Assembly: GCA_964016885.1 (NCBI GenBank) | Contig: OZ024744.1 | Location: 134,664,001-134,728,000 of the forward strand | Reading direction: 5' to 3' | Length of the DNA stretch: 64,000 nucleotides | Source: Eledone cirrhosa | Lineage: Eukaryota | Shown: in pieces, positions 24,694-38,632 of the stretch | Layout: each line of letters begins with the position of its first letter | Numbering within the stretch: position 1 is the first letter of the stretch | Notes under the pieces: model-generated | Databases searched by the model: none | Seen by the model: the letters and a program-made list of their open reading frames with translations, nothing else | Told to the model about the DNA's origin: nothing | Translations under genes and position numbers: made by a program

Positions 24694-25933
24694 AGTCGGG
24701 GTTAAGTTAAGTTGGCGTTAAGTTAAGTTAGGCTTAACTTAAGTTGGGGGTAAGTTAAGTTGGGGGTAAGTTAAGTTGGGGTTAAGTTAAGTTGCGGTTA
24801 AGTTGGGGTTAAGTTAAGTTAGGGTTAAGTTAAGTTGGCGTTGAGTTAAGTTGGGGTTAATTAAGTGGTGGTTATGTTAAGTTGGGGTTAATTTAAATTG
24901 GGGTGAAGTTAACTTTGTGGTTAAGTTAAGTTGGGGTTAAGTTGGGGTTGAGTTAAGTTGGGGTTGAGTGAAGTTGGGGTTAAGTTAAGTTGGGGTAAAG
25001 TTAAGTTGGGGTTAAGTTAAGTCGGGGTTAAGTTAAGTTGCAGTTAAGTTAAGTTGAGGTTAAGTTAAGTTGGGGTTAAGTTAAGTTGGGGCTAAGTTAA
25101 TTTGTGGTTAAGTTAAGTTGGGGTTAAGTTAAGTTGGGGTTAAGTTAAGTTGGGGTTAAGTTAAGTTGCAGTTAAGTTAAGTTGAGGTTAAGTTAAGTTG
25201 GGGTTAAGTTAAGTTGTGGTTAAGTTAAGTTGGGGTTCAGTTAAGTTGGGGTTAAGTTAAGTTGGGGTTAAGATGGGGTTAAATTAAGTTGGGGTTAAGT
25301 TAAGTTGGGGTTAAGTTAAGTTCGGGTTAAGTTAAGTTGGGGTTAATTTAAGTCGGGGTTAAGTTAAGTCGGGGTTAAGTTAAGTTAGGGTTCAGTTAAG
25401 TTGGGGTTAAGTTAAGTTGGGGTTGAGTTAAGTTGGGGTTGAGTTAAATTGGGGTTGAGTTAAGTTGGGGTTGAGTTAAGTTGGTGTTGAGTTAAGTTGG
25501 GGTTAAGTTAAGTTGGGGTTAAGTTAAGTTGCAGTTAAGTTAAGTTGAGGTTAAGTTAAGGTGCGGTTAAGTTAAGTTGGGGTTAAGTTAAGTTGGGGCT
25601 AAGTTAAGTTGGGGCTAAGTTAAGTTGGGGCTAAGTTAAGTTGGGGTTAAGTTACGTTGGGGTTAAGTTAAGTCGGGGTTAAGTTAAGTTGGGGTTAAGT
25701 TAAGTTGGGGTTAAGTTTAGTTGGGGTTAAGTTAAGTTGGGGTTAAGTTAAGTTGGGTTTAAGTTAAGTTGGGGTTAAGTTAAGTTTGGGTCAAGTTAAG
25801 TTGGGGTTAAGTTAAGTTGGTTAGTTAAGTTGAGTTTAAGTTAAGTTGGGGTTAATTTAAGTTGGGGTTAAGTTAAGTTGGGGTTAAGTTAAGTTGGGGT
25901 TAAGTTAAGTTGGGGTTAAGTTAAGTTGGGGTT

Positions 25934-26149
25934 AACCCCAACTTAACTTAACCCCAACTTAACTTAACCCCAACTTCACTCAACCCCAACGTAACTCAAC
26001 CCCAACTTAACTTAACCCCAACTTCACTCAACCCCAACTTAACTTAACCCCAACTTCACTCAACCCCAACTTAAGTCAACCCCAACTTAACTTAACCCCA
26101 ACTTGACTTATCCCCAACTTAACTTAGCCCCAACTTAACTTAAGCCCAA
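25934..26149 (-). repeat. Inverted block 10 (type B1, 216 bp)
   Basis: TTATCCCC mark, followed downstream by GGCGTTAAATT. Confidence 0.95.
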
Positions 26150-29100
26150 AGTCGGGGTTGAGTTAAGTTGGCGTTAAATTAAGTTAGGCTTAACTTAAGT
26201 TGGGGGTAAGTTAAGTTGGGGGTAAGTTAAGTTGGGGTTAAGTTAAGTTGCGGTTAAGTTGGGGTTAAGTTAAGTTAGGGTTAAGTTAAGTTGGCGTTGA
26301 GTTAAGTTGGGGTTAATTAAGTGGTGGTTATGTTAAGTTGGGGTTAATTTAAATTGGGGTGAAGTTAACTTTGTGGTTAAGTTAAGTTGGGGTTAAGTTA
26401 AGTTGGGGTTAAGTTGGTGTTGAGTTAAGTTGGGGTTGAGTGAAGTTGGGGTTAAGTTAAGTTGGGGTAAAGTTAAGTTGGGGTTAAGTTAAGTCGGGGT
26501 TAAGTTAAGTTGTGGTTGAGTTAAGTTGGGGTTAATTTAAGTTGGGGCTAAGTTAATTTGTGGTTAAGTTAAGTTGGGGCTAAGTTAAGTTGGGGCTAAG
26601 TTAAGTTGGGGCTAAGTTAAGTTGGGGTTAAGTTAAGTTGGGGTTAAGTTAAGTTGGGGTTAAGTTAAGTTGGTGTTAAGTTAAGTTGGGGCTAAGTTAA
26701 GTTGGGGCTGAGTTAAGTTGGGGCTGAGTTAAGTTTGGGTTAAGTTAAGTTGGGGTTGAGTTAAGTTGGGGTTAAGTTAAGTTGGGGTCAAGTTAAGTTG
26801 GGGTTAAGTTGGGGTTAATTTAAGTTAGGTTTAAGTTAAGTTGGGGTTAAGTTAAGTTGGGGTTAAGTTAAGTTGGGGTTAAGTTAAGTTGGGGTTAAGT
26901 TAAGTTGGGGTTAAGTTAATTTGTGGTTAAGTTAAGTTGGGGTTAAGTTAAGTTGGGGTTAAGTTAAGTTGGGGTTAAGTTAAGTCGGGGTTAAGTTAAG
27001 TTGGGGTTAAGTTAAGTTGGGGTTAATTTAAGTTGGGGTTAAGTTAAGTTGGGGTTAAGTTAAGTTGGGGTTAAGTTAAGTTGGGGATAATTTAAGTTGG
27101 GGTTAAGTTAAGTTTGGGTTTAAGTTAAGTTGGGGTTAAGTTAAGTTGGGGTTAAGTTAAGTTGGGGTTAAGTTAATTTGTGGTTAAGTTAAGTTGGGGT
27201 TAAGTTAAGTTGGGGTTGAGTTAAGTTGGGGCTGAGTTAATTTGGGGTTAAGTTAAGTTGGGGTTAAGTTGGGTTTAAGTTAAGTTGGGGTTAAATTAAG
27301 TTGGGGTTAAATTAAGTTGGGGTTAAGTTAAGTTGGGGGTAAGTTAAGTTGGGGGCAAGTTAAGTTGGGGTTAATTTAAGTTGGGGTTAAATTAAGTTGG
27401 GGTTACGTTAAGTTGGTGTTAAGTTAAGTTGGGGTTAATTTAAGTTGGGGTTAATTAAGTTGGGGTTAAGTTAAGTTGGGGTTAAGTTAAGTTGGGGTTA
27501 ATTTAAGTTGGGGTTGAGTTAAGTTGGGGTTAAGTTAAGTTGGGGTTATATTAAGTTGGGGTTAAGTTAAGTTGGGGTTCAGTTAAGTTGGGGTTAAGTT
27601 AAGTTGGGGTTAAGTTAAGTTGAGGTTAAGTTAAGTTGGGGTTAAGTTAAGTTGGTGTTAAGTTAAGTTGGGGCTAAGTTAAGTTGGGGCTGAGTTAAGT
27701 TGGGGCTGAGTTAAGTTGGGGCTAAGTTAAGTTGGGATTGAGTTAAGTTGGGGTTAATTTGGGGTTAAGTTAAGTTAGGTTTAAGTTAAGTTGGGGTTAA
27801 GTTAAGTTGGGGTTAAGTTAAGTTGGGGTTAAGTTAAGTTGGGGTTAAGTTAAGTTGGAGTTAAGTTAAGTTGGGGTTGAGTTAATTTGTGGTTAAGTTA
27901 AGTTGTGGTTAAGTTAAGTTGGGGTTAAGTTAAGTTGGGGTTAAGTTAAGTCGGTGTTAAGTTAAGTTGGGGTTAAGTTAAGTTGGGGTTAATTTAAGTT
28001 GGGGTTAAGTTAAGTTGGGGTTAAGTTAAGTTGGGGTTAAGTTAAGTCGGGGTTAAGTTAAGTTGGGGTTAAGTTAAGTTGGGGTTAATTTAAGTTGGGG
28101 TTAAGTTAAGTTGGGGTTAAGTTAAGTTGGGGTTAAGTTAAGTTGGGGTTAAGTTAAGTTGGGGATAATTTAAGTTGGGGTTAAGTTAAGTTTGAGTTTA
28201 AGTTAAGTTGGGGTTAAGTTAAGTTGGGGTTAAGTTAAGTTGGGGTTAATTTAAGTTGGTTAGTTAAGTTGAGTTTAAGTTAAGTTGGGGTTAATTTAAG
28301 TTGGGGTTAAGTTAAGCTGGGGTTAAGTTAAGTTGGGGTTAAGTTAAGTTGGGGTTAATTTAAGTTGGGGTTAATTTAAGTCGGGGTTAAGTTAAGTTGT
28401 GGTTGAGTTAAGTTTGGGTTAATTTAAGTTGGGGCTAAGTTAATTTGTGGTTAAGTTAAGTTTGGGTTAAGTTAAGTTGGGGTTAAGTTAAGTTGGGGTT
28501 GAGTTAAGTTGGGGTTGAGTTAATTTGGGGTTAAATTAAGTTGGCGTTAAGTTAAGTTGGGTTTAAGTTAAGTTGGGGTTAAATTAAGTTGGGGTTAAAT
28601 TAAGTTGGGGTTAAGTTAAGTTGGGGGTAAGTTAAGTTGGGGGCAAGTTAAGTTGGGGTTAATTTAAGTTGGGGTTAAATTAAGTTGGGGTTACGTTAAG
28701 TTGGTGTTAAGTTAAGTTGGGGTTAATTTAAGTTGGGGTTGAGTTAAGTTGGGGTTCAGTTAAGTTGGGGATAAGTTAAGTTGGGGTTAAGTTAAGTTGG
28801 GGTTAATTAAGTTGGGGTTGAGTTAAGTTGGGGTTGAGTTAAATTGGGGTTGAGTTAAGTTGGGGTTGAGTTAAGTTGGTGTTGAGTTAAGTTGGGGTTA
28901 AGTTAAGTTGGGGTTAAGTTAAGTTGCAGTTAAGTTAAGTTGAGGTTAAGATAAGGTGCGGTTAAGTTAAGTTGAGGTTAAGTTAAGTTGGGGCTAAGTT
29001 AAGTTGGGGCTAAGTTAAGTTGGGGCTAAGTTAAGTTGGGGTTAAGTTACGTTGGGGTTAAGTTAAGTCGGGGTTAAGTTAAGTTGGGGTTAAGTTAAGT

Positions 29101-29360
29101 TGGGGTTAATTTAAGTTGGGGTTAAGTTAAGTTGGGTTTAAGTTTAGTAGGGGTTAAGTTAAGTTGGGGTTAAGTTAAGTTGGGTTTAAGTTAAGTTGGG
29201 GTTAAGTTAAGTTGGGGTCAAGTTAAGTTGGGGTTAAGTTAAGTTGGTTAGTTAAGTTGAGTTTAAGTTAAGTTGGGGTTAATTTAAGTTGGGGTTAAGT
29301 TAAGTTGGGGTTAAGTTAAGTTGGAGTTAAGTTAAGTTGGGGTTAAGTTAAGTTGGGGTT

Positions 29361-29575
29361 AACCCCAACTTAACTTAACCCCAACTTAACTTAACCCCAA
29401 CTTCACTCAACCCAACGTAACTCAACGCCAACTTAACTTAACCCCAACTTCACTCAACCCCAACTTAACTTAACCCCAACTTCACTCAACCCCAACTTAA
29501 GTCAACCCCAACTTAACTTAACCCCAACTTGACTTAACCCCAACTTAACTTAGCCCCAACTTAACTTAAGCCCAA
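29361..29575 (-). repeat. Inverted block 11 (type B2, 215 bp)
   Basis: 1-bp deletion (CAACCCAACGTA) and AACGCCAAC mark. Confidence 0.95.
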
Positions 29576-31717
29576 AGTCGGGGTTGAGTTAAGTTGGCGT
29601 TAAGTTAGGCTTAACTTAAGTTGGGGGTAAGTTAAGTTGGGGGTAAGTTAAGTTGGGGTTAAGTTAAGTTGCGGTTAAGTTGGGGTTAAGTTAAGATAGG
29701 GTTAAGTTAAGTTGGCGTTGAGTTAAGTTGGGGTTAATTAAGTGGTGGTTATGTTAAGTTGGGGTTAATTTAAATTGGGGTGAAGTTAACTTTGTGGTTA
29801 AGTTAAGTTGGGGTTAAGTTAAGTTGGGGTTAAGTTGGGGTTGAGTTAAGTTGGGGTTGAGTGAAGTTGGGGTTAAGTTAAGTTGGGGTAAAGTTAAGTT
29901 GGGGTTAAGTTAAGTCGGGGTTAAGTTAAGTTGTGGTTGAGTTAAGTTGGGGTTAATTTAAGTTGGGGCTAAGTTAATTTGTGGTTAAGTTAAGTTGGGG
30001 TTAAGTTAAGTTGGGGTTAAGTTAAGTTGGGGTTAAGTTAAGTTGCAGTTAAGTTAAGTTGAGGTTAAGTTAAGTTGGGGCTAAGTTAAGTTGGGGCTAA
30101 GTTAAGTTGGGGCTAAGTTAAGTTGGGGTTAAGTTAAGTTGGGGTTAAGTTAAGTTGGGGTTAAGTTAAGTTGGGGTTAAGTTAAGTTGGTGTTAAGTTA
30201 AGTTGGGGCTAAGTTAAGTTGGGGTTAAGTTAAGTTGGGGTTAAGTTAAGTTGGGGTTAAGTTAATTTGTGGTTAAGTTAAGTTGGGGTTAAGTTAAGTT
30301 GGGGTTAAGTTAAGTTGGGGTTAAGTTAAGTCGGGGTTAAGTTAAGTTGGGGTTAAGTTAAGTTGGGGTTAATTTAAGTTGGGGTTAAGTTAAGTTGGGG
30401 TTAAGTTAAGTTGGGGTTAAGTTAAGTTGGGGATAATTTAAGTTGGGGTTAAGTTAAGTTTGGGTTTAAGTTAAGTTGGGGTTAAGTTAAGTTGGGGTTA
30501 AGTTAAGTTGGGGTTAAGTTAATTTGTGGTTAAGTTAAGTTGGGGTTAAGTTAAGTTGGGGTTGAGTTAAGTTGGGGCTGAGTTAATTTGGGGTTAAGTT
30601 AAGTTGGGGTTAAGTTAAGTTGGGTTTAAGTTAAGTTGGGGTTAAATTAAGTTGGGGTTAAATTAAGTTGGGGTTAAGTTAAGTTGGGGGTAAGTTAAGT
30701 TGGGGGCAAGTTAAGTTGGGGTTAAGTTAAGTTGGGGTTAAATTAAGTTGGGGTTACGTTAAGTTGGTGTTAAGTTAAGTTGGGGTTAATTTAAGTTGGG
30801 GCTAATTAAGTTGGGGTTAAGTTAAGTTGGGGTTAAGTTAAGTCGGGGTTAATTTAAGTTGGGGTTGAGTTAAGTTGGGGTTAAGTTAAGTTGGGGTTAT
30901 ATTAAGTTGGGGTTAAGTTAAGTTGGGGTTCAGTTAAGTTGGGGTTAAGTTAAGTTGGGGTTAAGTTAAGTTGAGGTTAAGTTAAGTTGGGGTTAAGTTA
31001 AGTTGGTGTTAAGTTAAGTTGGGGCTAAGTTAAGTTGGGGCTGATTTAAGTTGGGGCTGAGTTAAGTTGGGGCTAAGTTAAGTTGGGGTTGAGTTAAGTT
31101 GGGGTTAAGTTGGGGTTAAGTTAAGTTAGGTTTAAGTTAAGTTGGGGTTAAGTTAAGTTGGGGTTAAGTTAAGTTGGGGTTAAGTTAAGTTGGGGTTAAG
31201 TTAAGTTGGGGTTAAGTTAAGTTGGGGTTGAGTTAATTTGGGGCTGAGTTAAGTTGGGGTTGAGTTAAGTTGGTGTTGAGTTAAGTTGGGGTTAAGTTAA
31301 GTTGGGGTTAAGTTAAGTTGCAGTTAAGTTAAGTTGAGGTTAAGTTAAGGTGCGGTTAAGTTAAGTTAGGGTTAAGTTAAGTTGGGGCTAAGTTAAGTTG
31401 GGGCTAAGTTAAGTTGGGGCTAAGTTAAGTTGGGGTTAAGTTACGTTGGGGTTAAGTTAAGTCGGGGTTAAGTTAAGTTGGGGTTAAGTTAAGTTGGGGT
31501 TAATTTAAGTTGGGGTTAAGTTAAGTTGGGGTTAAGTTAAGTTGGGGTTAAGTTAAGTTGGGGTTAAGTTGGGTTTAAGTTAAGTTGGGGTTAAGTTAAG
31601 TTGGGGTCAAGTTAAGTTGGGGTTAAGTTAAGTTGGTTAGTTAAGTTGAGTTTAAGTTAAGTTGGGGTTAATTTAAGTTGGGGTTAAGTTAAGTTGGGGT
31701 TAAGTTAAGTTGGGGTT

Positions 31718-31805
31718 AACCCCAACTTAAGTTAACCCCAACTTAACTTAATACCAACTTCACTCAACCCCAACGTAACTCAACCCCAACTTAACTTAAG
31801 CCAAA
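31718..31805 (-). repeat. Inverted block 12 (short type A, 88 bp, eight monomers deleted)
   Basis: Type-A start with exit variant GCCAAAAGTC. Confidence 0.95.
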
Positions 31806-32207
31806 AGTCGGGGTTAAGTTAAGTTGGCGTTAAGTTAAATTAGGCTTAACTTAAGTTGGGGGTAAGTTAAGTTGGGGGTAAGTTAAGTTGGGGTTAAGTT
31901 AAGTTGCGGTTAAGTTGGGGTTAAGTTAAGTTAGGGTTAAGTTAAGTTGGCGTTGAGTTAAGTTGGGGTTAATTAAGTGGTGGTTATGTTAAGTTGGGGT
32001 TAATTTAAATTGGGGTGAAGTTAACTTTGTGGTTAAGTTAAGTTGGGGTTAAGTTAAGTTGGTTAGTTAAGTTGAGTTTAAGTTAAGTTGGGGTTAATTT
32101 AAGTTGGGGTTAAGTTAAGTTGGGGTTAAGTTAAGTTGGGGTTAAGTTAAGTTGGGGTTAAGTTAAGTTGGGGTTAAGTTAAGTTGGGGTTAAGTTAAGT
32201 TGGGGTT

Positions 32208-32423
32208 AACCCCAACTTAACTTAACCCCAACTTAACTTAACCCCAACTTCACTCAACCCCAACGTAACTCAACCCCAACTTAACTTAACCCCAACTTCA
32301 CTCAACCCCAACTTAACTTAACCCCAACTTCACTCAACCCCAACTTAAGTCAACCCCAACTTAACTTAACCCCAACTTGACTTATCCCCAACTTAACTTA
32401 GCCCCAACTTAACTTAAGCCCAA
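32208..32423 (-). repeat. Inverted block 13 (type B1, 216 bp)
   Basis: TTATCCCC mark. Confidence 0.95.
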
Positions 32424-33715
32424 AGTCGGGGTTGAGTTAAGTTGGCGTTAAGTTAAGTTAGGCTTAACTTAAGTTGGGGGTAAGTTAAGTTGGGGGTAAG
32501 TTAAGTTGGGGTTAAGTTAAGTTGCGGTTAAGTTGGGGTTAAGTTAAGTTAGGGTTAAGTTAAGTTGGCGTTGAGTTAAGTTGGGGTTAATTAAGTGGTG
32601 GTTATGTTAAGTTGGGGTTAATTTAAATTGGGGTGAAGTTAACTTTGTGGTTAAGTTAAGTTGGGGTTAAGTTAAGTTGGGGTTAAGTTGGGGTTGAGTT
32701 AAGTTGGGGTTGAGTGAAGTTGGGGTTAAGTTAAGTTGGGGTAAAGTTAAGTTGGGGTTAAGTTAAGTCGGGGTTAAGTTAAGTTGTGGTCGAGTTAAGT
32801 TGGGGTTAATTTAAGTTGGGGCTAAGTTAATTTGTGGTTAAGTTAAGTTGGGGTTAAGTTAAGTTGGGGTTAAGTTAAGTTGGGGTTAAGTTAAGTTGCA
32901 GTTAAGTTAAGTTGAGGTTAAGTTAAGTTGGGGTTAAGTTAAGTTGGGGTTAAGTTAAGTTGGGGCTAAGTTAAGTTGGGGCTAAGTTAAGTTGCGGCTA
33001 AGTTAAGTTGGGGTTAAGTTAAGTTGGGGTTAAGTTAAGTTGTGGTTAAGTTAAGTTGGTGTTAAGTTAAGTTGGGGTTAATTTAAGTTGGGGTTGAGTT
33101 AAGTTGGGGTTCAGTTAAGTTGGGGATAAGTTAAGTTGGGGTTAAGTTAAGTTGGGGTTAATTAAGTTGGGGTTGAGTTAAGTTGGGGTTGAGTTAAATT
33201 GGGGTTGAGTTAAGTTGGGGTTGAGTTAAGTTGGTGTTGAGTTAAGTTGGGGTTAAGTTAAGTTGGGGTTAAGTTAAGTTGCAGTTAAGTTAAGTTGAGG
33301 TTAAGTTAAGGTGCGGTTAAGTTAAGTTGAGGTTAAGTTAAGTTGGGGCTAAGTTAAGTTGGGGCTAAGTTAAGTTGGGGCTAAGTTAAGTTGGGGTTAA
33401 GTTACGTTGGGGTTAAGTTAAGTCGGGGTTAAGTTAAGTTGGGGTTAAGTTAAGTTGGGGTTAATTTAAGTTGGGGTTAAGTTAAGTTGGGGTTAAGTTT
33501 AGTAGGGGTTAAGTTAAGTTGGGGTTAAGTTAAGTTGGGTTTAAGTTAAGTTGGGGTTAAGTTAAGTTGGGGTCAAGTTAAGTTGGGGTTAAGTTAAGTT
33601 GGTTAGTTAAGTTGAGTTTAAGTTAAGTTGGGGTTAATTTAAGTTGGGGTTAAGTTAAGTTGGGGTTAAGTTAAGTTGGAGTTAAGTTAAGTTGGGGTTA
33701 AGTTAAGTTGGGGTT

Positions 33716-33930
33716 AACCCCAACTTAACTTAACCCCAACTTAACTTAACCCCAACTTCACTCAACCCAACGTAACTCAACCCCAACTTAACTTAACCCC
33801 AACTTCACTCAACCCCAACTTAACTTAACCCCAACTTCACTCAACCCCAACTTAAGTCAACCCCAACTTAACTTAACCCCAACTTGACTTAACCCCAACT
33901 TAACTTAGCCCCAACTTAACTTAAGCCCAA
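33716..33930 (-). repeat. Inverted block 14 (type B2, 215 bp)
   Basis: 1-bp deletion mark, without AACGCC. Confidence 0.95.
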
Positions 33931-34995
33931 AGTCGGGGTTGAGTTAAGTTGGCGTTAAGTTAGGCTTAACTTAAGTTGGGGGTAAGTTAAGTTGGGGGTA
34001 AGTTAAGTTGGGGTTAAGTTAAGTTGCGGTTAAGTTGGGGTTAAGTTAAGATAGGGTTAAGTTAAGTTGGCGTTGAGTTAAGTTGGGGTTAAGTTAAATT
34101 GGGGTGAAGTTAACTTTGTGGTTAAGTTAAGTTGGGGTTAAGTTAAGTTGGGGTTAAGTTGGGGTTGAGTTAAGTTGGGGTTGAGTGAAGTTGGGGTTAA
34201 GTTAAGTTGGGGTAAAGTTAAGTTGGGGTTAAGTTAAGTCGGGGTTAAGTTAAGTTGTGGTTGAGTTAAGTTGGGGTTAATTTAAGTTGGGGCTAAGTTA
34301 ATTTGTGGTTAAGTTAAGTTGGGGTTAAGTTAAGTTGGGGTTAAGTTAAGTTGGGGTTAAGTTAAGTTGCAGTTAAGTTAAGTTGAGGTTAAGTTAAGTT
34401 GGGGTTAAGTTAAGTTGGGGTTAAGTTAAGTTGGGGCTAAGTTAAGTTGGGGCTAAGTTAAGTTGGGGCTAAGTTAAGTTGGGGTTAAGTTAAGTTGGGG
34501 TTAAGTTAAGTTGGGGTTAAGTTAAGTTGGGGTTAAGTTAAGTTGGTGTTAAGTTAAGTTGGGGCTAAGTTAAGTTGGGGTTAAGTTAAGTTGGGGTTAA
34601 GTTAAGTTGGGGTTAAGTTAATTTGTGGTTAAGTTAAGTTGGGGTTAAGTTAAGTTGGGGTTAAGTTAAGTTGGGGTTAAGTTAAGTCGGGGTTAAGTTA
34701 AGTTGGGGTTAAGTTAAGTTGGGGTTAATTTAAGTTGGGGTTAAGTTAAGTTGGGGTTAAGTTAAGTTGGGGTTAAGTTAAGTTGGGGATAATTTAAGTT
34801 GGGGTTAAGTTAAGTTGGGTTTAAGTTAAGTTGGGGTTAAGTTAAGTTTGGGTCAAGTTAAGTTGGGGTTAAGTTAAGTTGGTTAGTTAAGTTGAGTTTA
34901 AGTTAAGTTGGGGTTAATTTAAGTTGGGGTTAAGTTAAGTTGGGGTTAAGTTAAGTTGGGGTTAAGTTAAGTTGGGGTTAAGTTAAGTTGGGGTT

Positions 34996-35206
34996 AACCC
35001 CAACTTAACTTAACCCCAACTTAACTTAACCCCAACTTCACTCAACCCCAACGTAACTCAACCCCAACTTAACCCCAACTTCACTCAACCCCAACTTAAC
35101 TTAACCCCAACTTCACTCAACCCCAACTTAAGTCAACCCCAACTTAACTTAACCCCAACTTGACTTATCCCCAACTTAACTTAGCCCCAACTTAACTTAA
35201 GCCCAA
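34996..35206 (-). repeat. Inverted block 15 (type B1, 211 bp, 5-bp slippage deletion)
   Basis: Copy of block 10 with one AACTT lost. Confidence 0.95.
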
Positions 35207-38200
35207 AGTCGGGGTTGAGTTAAGTTGGCGTTAAATTAAGTTAGGCTTAACTTAAGTTGGGGGTAAGTTAAGTTGGGGGTAAGTTAAGTTGGGGTTAAGT
35301 TAAGTTGCGGTTAAGTTGGGGTTAAGTTAAGTTAGGGTTAAGTTAAGTTGGCGTTGAGTTAAGTTGGGGTTAATTAAGTGGTGGTTATGTTAAGTTGGGG
35401 TTAATTTAAATTGGGGTGAAGTTAACTTTGTGGTTAAGTTAAGTTGGGGTTAAGTTAAGTTGGGGTTAAGTTGGTGTTGAGTTAAGTTGGGGTTGAGTGA
35501 AGTTGGGGTTAAGTTAAGTTGGGGTAAAGTTAAGTTGGGGTTAAGTTAAGTCGGGGTTAAGTTAAGTTGTGGTTGAGTTAAGTTGGGGTTAATTTAAGTT
35601 GGGGCTAAGTTAATTTGTGGTTAAGTTAAGTTGGGGCTAAGTTAAGTTGGGGCTAAGTTAAGTTGGGGCTAAGTTAAGTTGGGGTTAAGTTAAGTTGGGG
35701 TTAAGTTAAGTTGGGGTTAAGTTAAGTTGGTGTTAAGTTAAGTTGGGGCTAAGTTAAGTTGGGGCTGAGTTAAGTTGGGGCTGAGTTAAGTTTGGGTTAA
35801 GTTAAGTTGGGGTTGAGTTAAGTTGGGGTTAAGTTAAGTTGGGGTCAAGTTAAGTTGGGGTTAAGTTGGGGTTAATTTAAGTTAGGTTTAAGTTAAGTTG
35901 GGGTTAAGTTAAGTTGGGGTTAAGTTAAGTTGGGGTTAAGTTAAGTTGGGGTTAAGTTAAGTTGGGGTTAAGTTAATTTGTGGTTAAGTTAAGTTGGGGT
36001 TAAGTTAAGTTGGGGTTAAGTTAAGTTGGGGTTAAGTTAAGTCGGGGTTAAGTTAAGTTGGGGTTAAGTTAAGTTGGGGTTAATTTAAGTTGGGGTTAAG
36101 TTAAGTTGGGGTTAAGTTAAGTTGGGGTTAAGTTAAGTTGGGGATAATTTAAGTTGGGGTTAAGTTAAGTTTGGGTTTAAGTTAAGTTGGGGTTAAGTTA
36201 AGTTGGGGTTAAGTTAAGTTGGGGTTAAGTTAATTTGTGGTTAAGTTAAGTTGGGGTTAAGTTAAGTTGGGGTTGAGTTAAGTTGGGGCTGAGTTAATTT
36301 GGGGTTAAGTTAAGTTGGGGTTAAGTTGGGTTTAAGTTAAGTTGGGGTTAAATTAAGTTGGGGTTAAATTAAGTTGGGGTTAAGTTAAGTTGGGGGTAAG
36401 TTAAGTTGGGGGCAAGTTAAGTTGGGGTTAATTTAAGTTGGGGTTAAATTAAGTTGGGGTTACGTTAAGTTGGTGTTAAGTTAAGTTGGGGTTAATTTAA
36501 GTTGGGGTTAATTAAGTTGGGGTTAAGTTAAGTTGGGGTTAAGTTAAGTTGGGGTTAATTTAAGTTGGGGTTGAGTTAAGTTGGGGTTAAGTTAAGTTGG
36601 GGTTATATTAAGTTGGGGTTAAGTTAAGTTGGGGTTCAGTTAAGTTGGGGTTAAGTTAAGTTGGGGTTAAGTTAAGTTGAGGTTAAGTTAAGTTGGGGTT
36701 AAGTTAAGTTGGTGTTAAGTTAAGTTGGGGCTAAGTTAAGTTGGGGCTGAGTTAAGTTGGGGCTGAGTTAAGTTGGGGCTAAGTTAAGTTGGGGTTGAGT
36801 TAAGTTGGGGTTAATTTGGGGTTAAGTTAAGTTAGGTTTAAGTTAAGTTGGGGTTAAGTTAAGTTGGGGTTAAGTTAAGTTGGGGTTAAGTTAAGTTGGG
36901 GTTAAGTTAAGTTGGAGTTAAGTTAAGTTGGGGTTGAGTTAATTTGTGGTTAAGTTAAGTTGTGGTTAAGTTAAGTTGGGGTTAAGTTAAGTTGGGGTTA
37001 AGTTAAGTCGGTGTTAAGTTAAGTTGGGGTTAAGTTAAGTTGGGGTTAATTTAAGTTGGGGTTAAGTTAAGTTGGGGTTAAGTTAAGTTGGGGTTAAGTT
37101 AAGTCGGGGTTAAGTTAAGTTGGGGTTAAGTTAAGTTGGGGTTAATTTAAGTTGGGGTTAAGTTAAGTTGGGGTTAAGTTAAGTTGGGGTTAAGTTAAGT
37201 TGGGGTTAAGTTAAGTTGGGGATAATTTAAGTTGGGGTTAAGTTAAGTTTGAGTTTAAGTTAAGTTGGGGTTAAGTTAAGTTGGGGTTAAGTTAAGTTGG
37301 GGTTAATTTAAGTTGGTTAGTTAAGTTGAGTTTAAGTTAAGTTGGGGTTAATTTAAGTTGGGGTTAAGTTAAGCTGGGGTTAAGTTAAGTTGGGGTTAAG
37401 TTAAGTTGGGGTTAATTTAAGTTGGGGTTAATTTAAGTCGGGGTTAAGTTAAGTTGTGGTTGAGTTAAGTTTGGGTTAATTTAAGTTGGGGCTAAGTTAA
37501 TTTGTGGTTAAGTTAAGTTTGGGTTAAGTTAAGTTGGGGTTAAGTTAAGTTGGGGTTGAGTTAAGTTGGGGTTGAGTTAATTTGGGGTTAAATTAAGTTG
37601 GCGTTAAGTTAAGTTGGGTTTAAGTTAAGTTGGGGTTAAATTAAGTTGGGGTTAAATTAAGTTGGGGTTAAGTTAAGTTGGGGGTAAGTTAAGTTGGGGG
37701 CAAGTTAAGTTGGGGTTAATTTAAGTTGGGGTTAAATTAAGTTGGGGTTACGTTAAGTTGGTGTTAAGTTAAGTTGGGGTTAATTTAAGTTGGGGTTGAG
37801 TTAAGTTGGGGTTCAGTTAAGTTGGGGATAAGTTAAGTTGGGGTTAAGTTAAGTTGGGGTTAATTAAGTTGGGGTTGAGTTAAGTTGGGGTTGAGTTAAA
37901 TTGGGGTTGAGTTAAGTTGGGGTTGAGTTAAGTTGGTGTTGAGTTAAGTTGGGGTTAAGTTAAGTTGGGGTTAAGTTAAGTTGCAGTTAAGTTAAGTTGA
38001 GGTTAAGTTAAGGTGCGGTTAAGTTAAGTTGAGGTTAAGTTAAGTTGGGGCTAAGTTAAGTTGGGGCTAAGTTAAGTTGGGGCTAAGTTAAGTTGGGGTT
38101 AAGTTACGTTGGGGTTAAGTTAAGTCGGGGTTAAGTTAAGTTGGGGTTAAGTTAAGTTGGGGTTAATTTAAGTTGGGGTTAAGTTAAGTTGGGTTTAAGT

Positions 38201-38417
38201 TTAGTAGGGGTTAAGTTAAGTTGGGGTTAAGTTAAGTTGGGTTTAAGTTAAGTTGGGGTTAAGTTAAGTTGGGGTCAAGTTAAGTTGGGGTTAAGTTAAG
38301 TTGGTTAGTTAAGTTGAGTTTAAGTTAAGTTGGGGTTAATTTAAGTTGGGGTTAAGTTAAGTTGGGGTTAAGTTAAGTTGGAGTTAAGTTAAGTTGGGGT
38401 TAAGTTAAGTTGGGGTT

Positions 38418-38632
38418 AACCCCAACTTAACTTAACCCCAACTTAACTTAACCCCAACTTCACTCAACCCAACGTAACTCAACGCCAACTTAACTTAACC
38501 CCAACTTCACTCAACCCCAACTTAACTTAACCCCAACTTCACTCAACCCCAACTTAAGTCAACCCCAACTTAACTTAACCCCAACTTGACTTAACCCCAA
38601 CTTAACTTAGCCCCAACTTAACTTAAGCCCAA
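38418..38632 (-). repeat. Inverted block 16 (type B2, 215 bp)
   Basis: Same marks as block 11. Confidence 0.95.
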